Source: Eledone cirrhosa (lineage: Eukaryota). From it: a DNA stretch of 64,000 bases. Within the stretch, counting starts at the first letter, position 1, and each line of letters starts with the position of its first letter. A model generated the notes under the pieces. The model ran no database searches. It had not been told where the DNA came from and saw only the letters and a program-made list of their open reading frames with translations. A program made the position numbers and the translations under genes. The DNA is taken from NCBI GenBank assembly GCA_964016885.1, contig OZ024750.1:53258001-53322000 (forward strand), written 5' to 3'. Positions 14,882 to 28,074 of this stretch are shown here, piece by piece.

Positions 14882-14926
14882 AACGATGTACTAGTTTCAA
14901 GCTTGTTAGCTATCATCAGCACCGTT
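14882..14926 (-). ncRNA. Type I hammerhead ribozyme, first of 5 minus-strand copies (others at 15348, 15814, 16280, 16746)
   Basis: Reverse complement of aacgatgtactagtttcaagcttgttagctatcatcagcaccgtt. Confidence 0.85.
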
Positions 14927-17342
14927 TACCCATCTGCCAGATAGTTGAACGGTCGAAAGTATATACTTTCCTTATGAAAATTAACGGCTGAGCAGCCTAA
15001 TTTGCATATTGAGTGAGTTAAATCGGTCAGGCATACCGAAAACGATAAATTGAAACAAAATGAAAACGAAATTTCATTTCTCACTCTTAGTATGGCACTT
15101 ACTTAAATGTAAGTATGCATGTATACGTACATACATATATGTATACAGACGTACAGTAGCATGCACATATATATATATATATACATATATACATACATAT
15201 GCATACAGGTACACATACATATATGCACGTATCAGTTTAGCGGCGCTAACGTCGCTTTGTTCGTTTGTAAACAAACTGAACAGCCTGAATTTATGCCATA
15301 CGGTGTTAAGGCAACCACGTCACCTTTTTGTTCAACACTGACACAGGAACGATGTACTAGTTTCAAGCTTGTTAGCTATCATCAGCACCGTTTACCCATC
15401 TGCCAGATAGTTGAACGGTCGAAAGTATATACTTTCCTTATGAAAATTAACGGCTGAGCAGCCTAATTTGCATATTGAGTGAGTTAAATCGGTCAGGCAT
15501 ACCGAAAACGATAAATTGAAACAAAATGAAAACGAAATTTCATTTCTCACTCTTAGTATGGCACTTACTTAAATGTAAGTATGCATGTATACGTACATAC
15601 ATATATGTATACAGACGTACAGTAGCATGCACATATATATATATATATACATATATACATACATATGCATACAGGTACACATACATATATGCACGTATCA
15701 GTTTAGCGGCGCTAACGTCGCTTTGTTCGTTTGTAAACAAACTGAACAGCCTGAATTTATGCCATACGGTGTTAAGGCAACCACGTCACCTTTTTGTTCA
15801 ACACTGACACAGGAATGATGTACTAGTTTCAAGCTTGTTAGCTATCATCAGCACCGTTTACCCATCTGCCAGATAGTTGAACGGTCGAAAGTATATACTT
15901 TCCTTATGAAAATTAACGGCTGAGCAGCCTAATTTGCATATTGAGTGAGTTAAATCGGTCAGGCATACCGAAAACGATAAATTGAAACAAAATGAAAACG
16001 AAATTTCATTTCTCACTCTTAGTATGGCACTTACTTAAATGTAAGTATGCATGTATACGTACATACATATATGTATACAGACGTACAGTAGCATGCACAT
16101 ATATATATATATATACATATATACATACATATGCATACAGGTACACATACATATATGCACGTATCAGTTTAGCGGCGCTAACGTCGCTTTGTTCGTTTGT
16201 AAACAAACTGAACAGCCTGAATTTATGCCATACGGTGTTAAGGCAACCACGTCACCTTTTTGTTCAACACTGACACAGGAACGATGTACTAGTTTCAAGC
16301 TTGTTAGCTATCATCAGCACCGTTTACCCATCTGCCAGATAGTTGAACGGTCGAAAGTATATACTTTCCTTATGAAAATTAACGGCTGAGCAGCCTAATT
16401 TGCATATTGAGTGAGTTAAATCGGTCAGGCATACCGAAAACGATAAATTGAAACAAAATGAAAACGAAATTTCATTTCTCACTCTTAGTATGGCACTTAC
16501 TTAAATGTAAGTATGCATGTATACGTACATACATATATGTATACAGACGTACAGTAGCATGCACATATATATATATATATACATATATACATACATATGC
16601 ATACAGGTACACATACATATATGCACGTATCAGTTTAGCGGCGCTAACGTCGCTTTGTTCGTTTGTAAACAAACTGAACAGCCTGAATTTATGCCATACG
16701 GTGTTAAGGCAACCACGTCACCTTTTTGTTCAACACTGACACAGGAACGATGTACTAGTTTCAAGCTTGTTAGCTATCATCAGCACCGTTTACCCATCTG
16801 CCAGATAGTTGAACGGTCGAAAGTATATACTTTCCTTATGAAAATTAACGGCTGAGCAGCCTAATTTGCATATTGAGTGAGTTAAATCGGTCAGGCATAC
16901 CGAAAACGGTAAATTGAAACAAAATGAAAACGAAATTTCATTTCTCACTCTTAGTATGGCACTTACTTAAATGTAAGTATGCATGTATACGTACATACAT
17001 ATATGTATACAGACGTACAGTAGCATGCACATATATATATATATATACATATATACATACATATGCATACAGGTACACATACATATATGCACGTATCAGT
17101 TTAGCGGCGCTAACGTCGCTTTGTTCGTTTGTAAACAAACTGAACAGCCTGAACAGCCTGAATTTATGCCATACGGTGTTAAGAGTGAGAAATGAAATTT
17201 CGTTTTCATTTTGTTTCAATTTATCGTTTTCGGTATGCCTGACCGATTTAACTCACTCAATATGCAAATTAGGCTGCTCAGCCGTTAATTTTCATAAGGA
17301 AAGTATATACTTTCGACCGTTCAACTATCTGGCAGATGGGTA

Positions 17343-17387
17343 AACGGTGCTGATGATAGCTAACAAGCTTGAAACTAGTACATCGTT
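17343..17387 (+). ncRNA. Type I hammerhead ribozyme, first of 7 plus-strand copies (CTGATGA at 17350, 17816, 18282, 18748, 19214, 19682, 20148)
   Basis: aacggtg-CTGATGA-t agct aaca agct t-GAAA-c ta g-TA-catcgtt. Predicted cleavage after GUA (17380/17381). Helix I extends through ggg/cct, ctggca/tgtcag and gttcaac/gttgaac. Confidence 0.87.
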
Positions 17388-20300
17388 CCTGTGTCAGTGT
17401 TGAACAAAAAGGTGACGTGGTTGCCTTAACACCGTATGGCATAAATTCAGGCTGTTCAGTTTGTTTACAAACGAACAAAGCGACGTTAGCGCCGCTAAAC
17501 TGATACGTGCATATATGTATGTGTACCTGTATGCATATGTATGTATATATGTATATATATATATATATGTGCATGCTACTGTACGTCTGTATACATATAT
17601 GTATGTACGTATACATGCATACTTACATTTAAGTAAGTGCCATACTAAGAGTGAGAAATGAAATTTCGTTTTCATTTTGTTTCAATTTATCGTTTTCGGT
17701 ATGCCTGACCGATTTAACTCACTCAATATGCAAATTAGGCTGCTCAGCCGTTAATTTTCATAAGGAAAGTATATACTTTCGACCGTTCAACTATCTGGCA
17801 GATGGGTAAACGGTGCTGATGATAGCTAACAAGCTTGAAACTAGTACATCGTTCCTGTGTCAGTGTTGAACAAAAAGGTGACGTGGTTGCCTTAACACCG
17901 TATGGCATAAATTCAGGCTGTTCAGTTTGTTTACAAACGAACAAAGCGACGTTAGCGCCGCTAAACTGATACGTGCATATATGTATGTGTACCTGTATGC
18001 ATATGTATGTATATATGTATATATATATATATATGTGCATGCTACTGTACGTCTGTATACATATATGTATGTACGTATACATGCATACTTACATTTAAGT
18101 AAGTGCCATACTAAGAGTGAGAAATGAAATTTCGTTTTCATTTTGTTTCAATTTATCGTTTTCGGTATGCCTGACCGATTTAACTCACTCAATATGCAAA
18201 TTAGGCTGCTCAGCCGTTAATTTTCATAAGGAAAGTATATACTTTCGACCGTTCAACTATCTGGCAGATGGGTAAACGGTGCTGATGATAGCTAACAAGC
18301 TTGAAACTAGTACATCATTCCTGTGTCAGTGTTGAACAAAAAGGTGACGTGGTTGCCTTAACACCGTATGGCATAAATTCAGGCTGTTCAGTTTGTTTAC
18401 AAACGAACAAAGCGACGTTAGCGCCGCTAAACTGATACGTGCATATATGTATGTGTACCTGTATGCATATGTATGTATATATGTATATATATATATATAT
18501 GTGCATGCTACTGTACGTCTGTATACATATATGTATGTACGTATACATGCATACTTACATTTAAGTAAGTGCCATACTAAGAGTGAGAAATGAAATTTCG
18601 TTTTCATTTTGTTTCAATTTATCGTTTTCGGTATGCCTGACCGATTTAACTCACTCAATATGCAAATTAGGCTGCTCAGCCGTTAATTTTCATAAGGAAA
18701 GTATATACTTTCGACCGTTCAACTATCTGGCAGATGGGTAAACGGTGCTGATGATAGCTAACAAGCTTGAAACTAGTACATCGTTCCTGTGTCAGTGTTG
18801 AACAAAAAGGTGACGTGGTTGCCTTAACACCGTATGGCATAAATTCAGGCTGTTCAGTTTGTTTACAAACGAACAAAGCGACGTTAGCGCCGCTAAACTG
18901 ATACGTGCATATATGTATGTGTACCTGTATGCATATGTATGTATATATGTATATATATATATATATGTGCATGCTACTGTACGTCTGTATACATATATGT
19001 ATGTACGTATACATGCATACTTACATTTAAGTAAGTGCCATACTAAGAGTGAGAAATGAAATTTCGTTTTCATTTTGTTTCAATTTATCGTTTTCGGTAT
19101 GCCTGACCGATTTAACTCACTCAATATGCAAATTAGGCTGCTCAGCCGTTAATTTTCATAAGGAAAGTATATACTTTCGACCGTTCAACTATCTGGCAGA
19201 TGGGTAAACGGTGCTGATGATAGCTAACAAGCTTGAAACTAGTACATCGTTCCTGTGTCAGTGTTGAACAAAAAGGTGACGTGGTTGCCTTAACACCGTA
19301 TGGCATAAATTCAGGCTGTTCAGTTTGTTTACAAACGAACAAAGCGACGTTAGCGCCGCTAAACTGATACGTGCATATATGTATGTGTACCTGTATGCAT
19401 ATGTATGTATATATGTATATATATATATATATATGTGCATGCTACTGTACGTCTGTATACATATATGTATGTACGTATACATGCATACTTACATTTAAGT
19501 AAGTGCCATACTAAGAGTGAGAAATGAAATTTCGTTTTCATTTTGTTTCAATTTATCGTTTTCGGTATGCCTGACCGATTTAACTCACTCAATATGCAAA
19601 TTAGGCTGCTCAGCCGTTAATTTTCATAAGGAAAGTATATACTTTCGACCGTTCAACTATCTGGCAGATGGGTAAACGGTGCTGATGATAGCTAACAAGC
19701 TTGAAACTAGTACATCGTTCCTGTGTCAGTGTTGAACAAAAAGGTGACGTGGTTGCCTTAACACCGTATGGCATAAATTCAGGCTGTTCAGTTTGTTTAC
19801 AAACGAACAAAGCGACGTTAGCGCCGCTAAACTGATACGTGCATATATGTATGTGTACCTGTATGCATATGTATGTATATATGTATATATATATATATAT
19901 GTGCATGCTACTGTACGTCTGTATACATATATGTATGTACGTATACATGCATACTTACATTTAAGTAAGTGCCATACTAAGAGTGAGAAATGAAATTTCG
20001 TTTTCATTTTGTTTCAATTTATCGTTTTCGGTATGCCTGACCGATTTAACTCACTCAATATGCAAATTAGGCTGCTCAGCCGTTAATTTTCATAAGGAAA
20101 GTATATACTTTCGACCGTTCAACTATCTGGCAGATGGGTAAACGGTGCTGATGATAGCTAACAAGCTTGAAACTAGTACATCGTTCCTGTGTCAGTGTTG
20201 AACAAAAAGGTGACGTGGTTGCCTTAACACCGTATGGCATAAATTCAGGCTGTTCAGTTTGTTTACAAACGAACAAAGCGACGTTAGCGCCGCTAAACTG

Positions 20301-20422
20301 ATACGTGCATATATGTATGTGTACCTGTATGCATATGTATGTATATATGTATATATATATATATATGTGCATGCTACTGTACGTCTGTATACATATATGT
20401 ATGTACGTATACATGCATACTT

Positions 20423-20619
20423 ATATATACATATATATATACATATGTATGTATATATGTATATATATATATATATATACATATGTATGTATATATGTAT
20501 ATATATATATATATACATATGTATGTATATATGTATATATATATATACATATGTATGTATATATGTATATATATGTATATATATATATGTATGTGTATAT
20601 ATATATATATATACATATG

Positions 20620-20660
<41 letters not shown>

Positions 20661-20747
20661 ATATATATATATGTGTATGTATGTATGTGTGTATATATGT
20701 ATATATATATACATATGTATTTATATATATATATATATATACATATG

Positions 20748-20808
<61 letters not shown>

Positions 20809-20809
20809 G

Positions 20810-20860
<51 letters not shown>

Positions 20861-20861
20861 T

Positions 20862-20894
<33 letters not shown>

Positions 20895-20939
20895 GTATAT
20901 ATATATATATGTATATGTATATATATATATACGTATATG

Positions 20940-21010
<71 letters not shown>

Positions 21011-21051
21011 ATATATGTATGTATGTATGTATGTATATATATATATGTATG

Positions 21052-21084
<33 letters not shown>

Positions 21085-21093
21085 GTATATATA

Positions 21094-21129
<36 letters not shown>

Positions 21130-21157
21130 TATATATATATATATATATCTATGTATG

Positions 21158-21190
<33 letters not shown>

Positions 21191-21199
21191 CTATGTATG

Positions 21200-21256
<57 letters not shown>

Positions 21257-21263
21257 ATGTATG

Positions 21264-21297
<34 letters not shown>

Positions 21298-21435
21298 TGT
21301 ATGTATGTGTATATATGTATATATATATATATATCTATGTATGTATGTGTATATATGTATATATGTATGTATGTGTATATATGTATATATATATATATAT
21401 ATATCTATGTATGTATGTGTATGTATATATATATG

Positions 21436-21466
<31 letters not shown>

Positions 21467-21486
21467 CTATGTATGTATGTGTATAT
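20423..21486. repeat. (TA)n/(TATG)n microsatellite
   Basis: Directly visible. Confidence 0.97.
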
Positions 21487-22560
21487 CATCATCATCACCG
21501 TTTCACGTCCGTTCTTCCACGCTAGCATGGGTTAGACGGGTTGTCCTGTTGTGGGCAGTGTCTGGTCGGCTGACCATGCCTTGCTCATACAGGAACTGAT
21601 CTGGCTTGATTTCTACAGCTGGATGCCCTTCCTAACACCAACCTCATTTACAGTGAGTGCTGGGTGCTTTTTCGTGGCGACTACACGTCCACTTTACAGC
21701 GTGGGCTGGGTGCTTTTTTGCCGTGGCACCTCCACGACCACCTTGCGGTGGGGGGAGTGGGGGCATATTGTTTATATGCTTCAGCATGTACCCATGGGAG
21801 GTCGGGTACCCTGTATTACTGCGTGACGCCAGAAGTCACGGTCGTGTGTCATTGACTTTGAGAGGTGTAGTTGGGTAAGGTCAGCTTTTATCACCTCATC
21901 CCAAGTCATCTTGGGTCTCCCCACTCCGCGGTTTCCATCAACTTCTAGTGCTCTGCACCTTTTTATGCAGCTGTCATCCTTCATACGCATCACATGTCCA
22001 TACCAGCGTAACCGCCTCTCCTGCACGCAGCATTTGATTCCTCTTATGCTCAGTCTCTCTCTCAATTCCTTTATGCTTTGTCGTTCACGTATATTACTGT
22101 TACACATCCATCGGAGCATGCAGGCTTCGTTTCTCTCTAATCTACGTAAGTCTTCCACCTTCAGCGCCCAGGTCTCACTACCATGCAACATCGCTGTTCG
22201 GATACACGCATCATACAGTCTGCCTTTCATTCTGAGGGAGAAGCCTTTTGCAGCTAGCAGTGGTAGTAGTTCCCTAAACTTCTTCCATCCCGTTCTTACC
22301 CTAGTTATTGTACTTTCTGAGCACCCACCTCCGTTGCTAATTCGGTCACCTAGGTAGCAGAAGCTGTCTACTGTTTCTACAGGGCCCTCCCAGAGATTGG
22401 TGGTACTTGTTTCCTGTGGCTGTTTGCTTGCTGTTTCAGCACAGCTGCTGCATGTGAATCCTACATTCTTAATTAAGCTTCCTGAGATCCCGCTACATCT
22501 CTTGTGTACCCATTGTTTGCATTTGGGGCAGAGAATGGAGTTCCTACCTACACCTTTCCA
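21487..22560 (-). mobile_element. RTE family C 3' fragment (5'-truncated) with (GAT)n tail
   Basis: [21 protein letters not shown]...[11 protein letters not shown]. Near-identical to 31404-32480. Confidence 0.92.
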
Positions 22561-22725
22561 TATATATGTATATATATATATATATGTATGTGTATGTATA
22601 TATATATACATATGTATGTATATATATATATATATATACATATGTATGTATATATATATATATATATATACATATGTATGTATATATATATATATATATA
22701 TATACATATGTATGTATATATATAT

Positions 22726-25490
22726 TGTAAACACTAAATCCCTCCCCCATGAAGAATGCACCTCCCAACATAGACTGATAATTAGCGACCTCATAGTCAG
22801 GACGAGACGTACTCGACAGCAGAAGAGGACTATCCTCGGGAGAAAAATATGGAAGCTAAAGGACCCCACAGCCAGGAATAAATTTCAAAGCATATTACTT
22901 GATGCTTTCGACAGTAAGGAAGAACATTTAGAGTCGGACAATATAGAGGGAGAGTGGGAATTTCTGAAAGCAAACCTGCTGTTGGCGACAGACGAAGTCT
23001 GTGGCTGGAGCAGGCCTGTAGGCAGGAGGAGAGTAACATGGTGGTGGAACAGTAAGGTGGAGGGGTCAATTAAGGCCAAAAAGCAGGCTTGGAAAGTATG
23101 GCGGGATGGGGGAAGTAGAGAAGACTATCAAGTGGCCAGGAGGGAAGCCAGGAGACAAGTGTACTTAGCAAGAAGGGAAGCTGAGGAAAGAAAGTTCAAG
23201 CATGTTCTACAACGCGATGACCAAAAACGTGAGGTGTTCAGGATTGCTAGGCAATGCGTCAAGGAAAACCGTGATATTGTCGGGGAGAAGTGTGTACTAA
23301 ACGACGATGGCACACTTGCCATCACCGACGCTGATAAGAAGGTAGCTTGGAAGTGTCACTATGAAAGGCTACTAAATGAGGAGAATAAATGGGAGAAAGA
23401 CAGTCTCCCCCATGTCGACCCAATAGAGGGACCAGCAGTGTTAGTCGAGGGGAGTATAATAAGTAAGGCAATCAAGGATATGAAGACGGGTAAGGCGGCT
23501 GGGCCTTCGGAAATAGTTGCTGAGATGCTGAAGGCATCTGGCACGGTGGGACATACCATGGTCACCCGCATAGTTAACCAAGTCGTACAGAATGGGGTTG
23601 TTCCGAAGGACTGGCATAGCAGCATCATCGTTAACTGTTATAAGGGTAAAGGAGACGCCCTAGATAGGAGTAACTATAGAGGCATTAAATTAATCGACCA
23701 GGTCATGAAGGTCACGGAAAAAGTAATAGCGCAACTAATCAGAGAGAGAATTGACCTAGATGAAATGCAGTTCGGGTTTGTGTCAGGCAAAAGTACCACA
23801 GACGCTCTTTTCATAGTACGACAACTACAGGAGAAGTACCTAGCTAAAGGTAAACCCCTCTACTTAGCTTTTGTCGACTTGGAGAAAGCCTTCGACAGAG
23901 TCCCCCGCTCCATTATCTGGTGGGCTCTTAGAAAACTAGGCGTTGACGAATGGCTTGTGAGGGCTATACAAGCCATGTATAAAGAAACAGTCAGCAAGGT
24001 TAGAATTAACAACGAATATAGTGAAGAGTTTAGCGTAAAAGTTGGCGTCCATCAGGGCTCTGTTCTCAGCCCCCTACTATTTATTATTGCCCTTCAGGCT
24101 ATAACAGCGGAGTTCAAGACAGGCTGCCCATGGGAACTCCTATACGCAGACGACCTGACACTCATAGCGGAATCAATGGCCGAGCTAGAGAAGAAATTCC
24201 AAACATGGAAGCACGGCCTAGAGTCAAAAGGACTTAAAATTAACCTGGCTAAGACCAAAGTACTAGTTTGTAGGAAAGAAAACAAGGCGGCGGTCCCTTC
24301 TGGGAAATGGTCATGCTCGGTGTGTAGGAAAGGCGTAGGTAGAAACTCCATTTTATGTCCTAAATGCAAAGTATGGGTGCATAAAAGATGTAGTGGGATC
24401 ACAGGTAAGCTAACTAAGAACATAGATTTTACATGTGGCCGGTGTTCTGGTGCAATAAGTAGCAGCAAGTGCCCACAAAATACTAGCTCTTTCAATTGCG
24501 CAGAGGGTTCTATAGAAATAGTGGACAGCTTCCGTTACCTGGGCGATAAAATCAGCAGTGGGGGAGGGTGCTCTGAAAGTACTGTAGCTAGAGTCAGAAC
24601 TGGTTGGAAAAAGTTCAGAGAGCTTATACCACTATTAGCTGCTAAAGGGTTCTCCCTAAAAATGAAAGGCAGGTTGTACGATGCCTGCATACGAACAGCA
24701 ATGCTGCATGGCAGTGAGACCTGGGCATTGTGTGCAGAGGATATACGCAGATTAGAGAGGAACGAAGCTTGCATGCTCCGCTGGATGTGTAACAGTAATA
24801 TACGTGAACGGCAAAGCATAAACGAACTAAGGAAAACATTAGAGATAAGAGGGATCAGATGTTGTTTACTCGAGAGAAGGCTACGTTGGTATGGACACGT
24901 GATGCGCATGAAAGTCGATAGCTGTATAACAAAGTGCAGGGCAATAAAGATAGACGGTAGTCACGGAATAGGCAGACCTAGAAAAACCTGGGACGAGCTG
25001 ATAAACTCCGACATCACACACTTACACCTCTCCAAGACAATGTCACTGGACCGAGACCTTTGGCGGTACTCAGTAACAGAGAAGACCCGCCTTACCTAAA
25101 TATATAGTAAAACCTACTCCAGCCAGTAGGCATCTCTAACAAAATACACCCCGTCCCACCACCACCACCCCCACCCCATCCACACCACCCCGTTCTATGT
25201 AAAGTTATGTTGGTGCCGCGCCATCGAGGCCGAAACAAATGAGATCGTGTAGGTGTCACGACAAAAAAACACACAGTCCACGCTGTAATGTGGCCGTGTA
25301 GGCAACACGGTAAAAACCTCCCAGACCCACACTGTAAATGTGGTTGGTGTTAGGAAGGGCATCCAACTGTAGAAAACCTGCCAGACAGTCCTATGCGAGC
25401 AAGACAATCACTCTTGCCTCAAGTGGAACTACCCCCGTCCAAACCCATGCAAGCGTGGAACACGGACGTTAAACGTTGATGATGATGATG
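22726..25490 (+). mobile_element. RTE family B, 5'-truncated, with an open frame covering RT and the C-terminus to the stop at 25099, then 3' UTR and (GAT)n
   Basis: [11 protein letters not shown]...NYRGIKL...FVDLEKAFD...HQGS...LLYADD...PHD-like cluster...EKTRLT*. Confidence 0.95.
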
Positions 25491-25559
25491 TAATACAACG
25501 TTTAAATATATATGTAATACAATGTTTAAATATATATGTAATACAACGTTTAAATATAT

Positions 25560-27120
25560 ATGTAATTAAATATAAATGTAATACATAACTCATCTCTTTT
25601 ACATAATTACATAATATCCTCTATTATTATTACACCTATCGATAAATCATTAGATTCCTTTTATATGACTGCTTGTAACTCTCTTAAAGAAAATAACATA
25701 TTTTCTTGAAGGATTTTTTGAAAATTCCTCTGATGGGTATAGGAAATTTATAATTCATATTTTATATTGTGTATTTCTATATTCTTATATTTTTCAAATG
25801 CTTAATATATATATATCCAAATGTTTATATATATATGATAAATATAATGATTTTTTATGTATATGTGGTATAACCTAAAATTTATACTTTAAATATATTT
25901 TATAAATATATTCTTATAAAAGAGTTTTTTTTGTGCTTTATGCTTTAGATATATTCCTATGAAAATTTTAAATGTTAAAATTTTTATATGTTGTGACGTT
26001 ATGGCAAGTAAATTTATGGTTTAACTGTTATAAATTTCTAACAGGTAAATTTATGACTTAGTATAAAATAACATAAGATTCATATAATTACATTCTTATG
26101 CTAGAAAATTTAACTTTTTAACTTCTTAACCTTATAGAATTTAATCATTATAGTCATCTGAGTTATTAATAAATCACTAGTAATTTCCTTTATGCTGTAC
26201 AGCTATTATAATACAAATAAGGGGTTATTCTTCTGTAAACTCTCGGAATTTCCATGTGCTTAGAATTATTTGGATACTTTTAACCTACAATTTTTTTAAT
26301 AATTAATAATTAATGATAATATCTATTTTATAATAATAATAATAATAATATATATGTTTTTATAATAATAATATATTTTTTTAATAATATATAATAGTCT
26401 TTAATTTAAAAATTTTTTTTTAATAATCTAACATACACATTTAAAGTAATGATTAAACTATTAAATTATTAATTAAACATTTAATCAAATTTATTAAGTA
26501 ATCCTTAGATAAATTTTTTCAACCTATCATTATAATGAATCCTGCTATTATTCATCCACGCTATATTCGTTTCTTCGCTTCTTCTCTCCTCTCACGTAAA
26601 CAAAATTACGCTATTATTGTCCTTATAACTAATATTCTCTCTCACTTAAATATAGTCACGTTTACTCTCTCCCACTGGCAAAAAATATATATATAAACTA
26701 TTCCTTTTCTCTTTCTTTTTTTCTCTTTCTCTTTTTCTTTCTTTTTTCCCTCTTCCAATTGTTTAATTTAAATATACTGTTATTTAAACCTTTCCGACAC
26801 TAATTTGCATACTAAATCAACAATAAATCTAAAATCTCCACTATCCAGGAAGCTCCAACCGTTAAGGTTGCATTTTTTCAGGGTATGTCAATATTTATTT
26901 ATAAAACTAATCTGTATTATATTTTATCTGATGAAAGCACACCATAATCTGCCTTGGTGGCCCTTGAAATATGTATAATGAAATAAATATGGTTTTATAA
27001 ATATAGTTTCCATTTGTTAATATATTGTATATTTACTCCAATAATTTGTTGAGTGCTTTATATTAGTTATAAAAATATTTTAGCTTGTTGTATCCCAACA
27101 AATTAAATATAACCTCTACA
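25560..27120 (+). mobile_element. Degenerate AT-rich Penelope-like element 3' region/pLTR with a hammerhead-like motif at ~26920-26985
   Basis: attttat-CTGATGA...GAAA-tatgta-TA-atgaaat. The terminal 250 bp is homologous to 43990-44220 and, as reverse complement, to 43320-43500. Ends in (TA)n. Confidence 0.6.
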
Positions 27121-27205
27121 TACATATATATATATGTATGTATATGTATGTATGTATATATATGTATGTATGTAAGTATGTTTTGAAACAGTGAGCGAGT
27201 TTGAA

Positions 27206-27478
27206 ATTAGAAAATATATAGCTTTCACCGTATTTTTGACTAAAGGAATTTTAGCTTGATAACGGGGTTTAGAACCCTCAGATAATGGTAAAATATGAGT
27301 ATTGACGTACATGGGAGTCGAACCCCCATCTGTGGTTATCGCGATAACCACAGATGGGGGTTCGACTCCCATGTACGTCAATACTCATATTTTACCATTT
27401 ATCTGAGGGTTCTAAACCCCGTTATCAAGCTAAAATTCCTTTAGTCAAAAATACGGTGAAAGCTATATATTTTCTAAT
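27206..27478. repeat. Near-perfect loopless palindrome (~135-bp arms, centre tcgcga at 27339-27344)
   Basis: The arms are reverse complements apart from a small indel. The outer part of the arm resembles 50910-51005. Confidence 0.92.
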
Positions 27479-27481
27479 ATG

Positions 27482-27530
<49 letters not shown>

Positions 27531-27531
27531 G

Positions 27532-27566
<35 letters not shown>

Positions 27567-27807
27567 GTATGTGTATGTATGTATGTATGTATGTATATAT
27601 ATGTATGTATGTATATATATGTATGTGTATGTATGTGTATGTATGTATGTATATATATGTATGTATGTATATATATGTATGTATGTATATATATGTATAT
27701 ATATGTATGTATGTATATATATGTATGTATGTATATATGTCCAAACCCATGCAAGCGTGGAACACGGACGCTAAACCTGATGATGATGATGATGATGATG
27801 ATGTATG

Positions 27808-27840
<33 letters not shown>

Positions 27841-27946
27841 GTATGTATGTATATATATGTATGTATATGTATGTATGTATATGTATGTATGTATATATAT
27901 GTATGTATATGTATGTATGTATATATATGTATGTATGTATGTATGT

Positions 27947-27980
<34 letters not shown>

Positions 27981-27981
27981 G

Positions 27982-28074
<93 letters not shown>

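Larger units (their letters stand above)
14579..20422. repeat. 466-bp tandem array of hammerhead-containing monomers (retrozyme-like) with an orientation switch at ~17180
   Basis: Unit starts at 14581, 15047, 15513, 15979, 16445 and 16911, then about 7 reverse-complement units to 20422. Both ends lie in (TA)n. Confidence 0.95.

Noticed and set aside
14594-20414. Repeated 66-112 aa ORFs in the 466-bp units
   Set aside because: Low-complexity frames that overlap on both strands, and one unit is frameshifted by TA slippage; the conserved signal is RNA structure.
22397-22725. N-terminal part of the 900-aa ORF
   Set aside because: Read-through of an antisense family C fragment and a microsatellite; the genuine LINE B sequence starts at ~22726.
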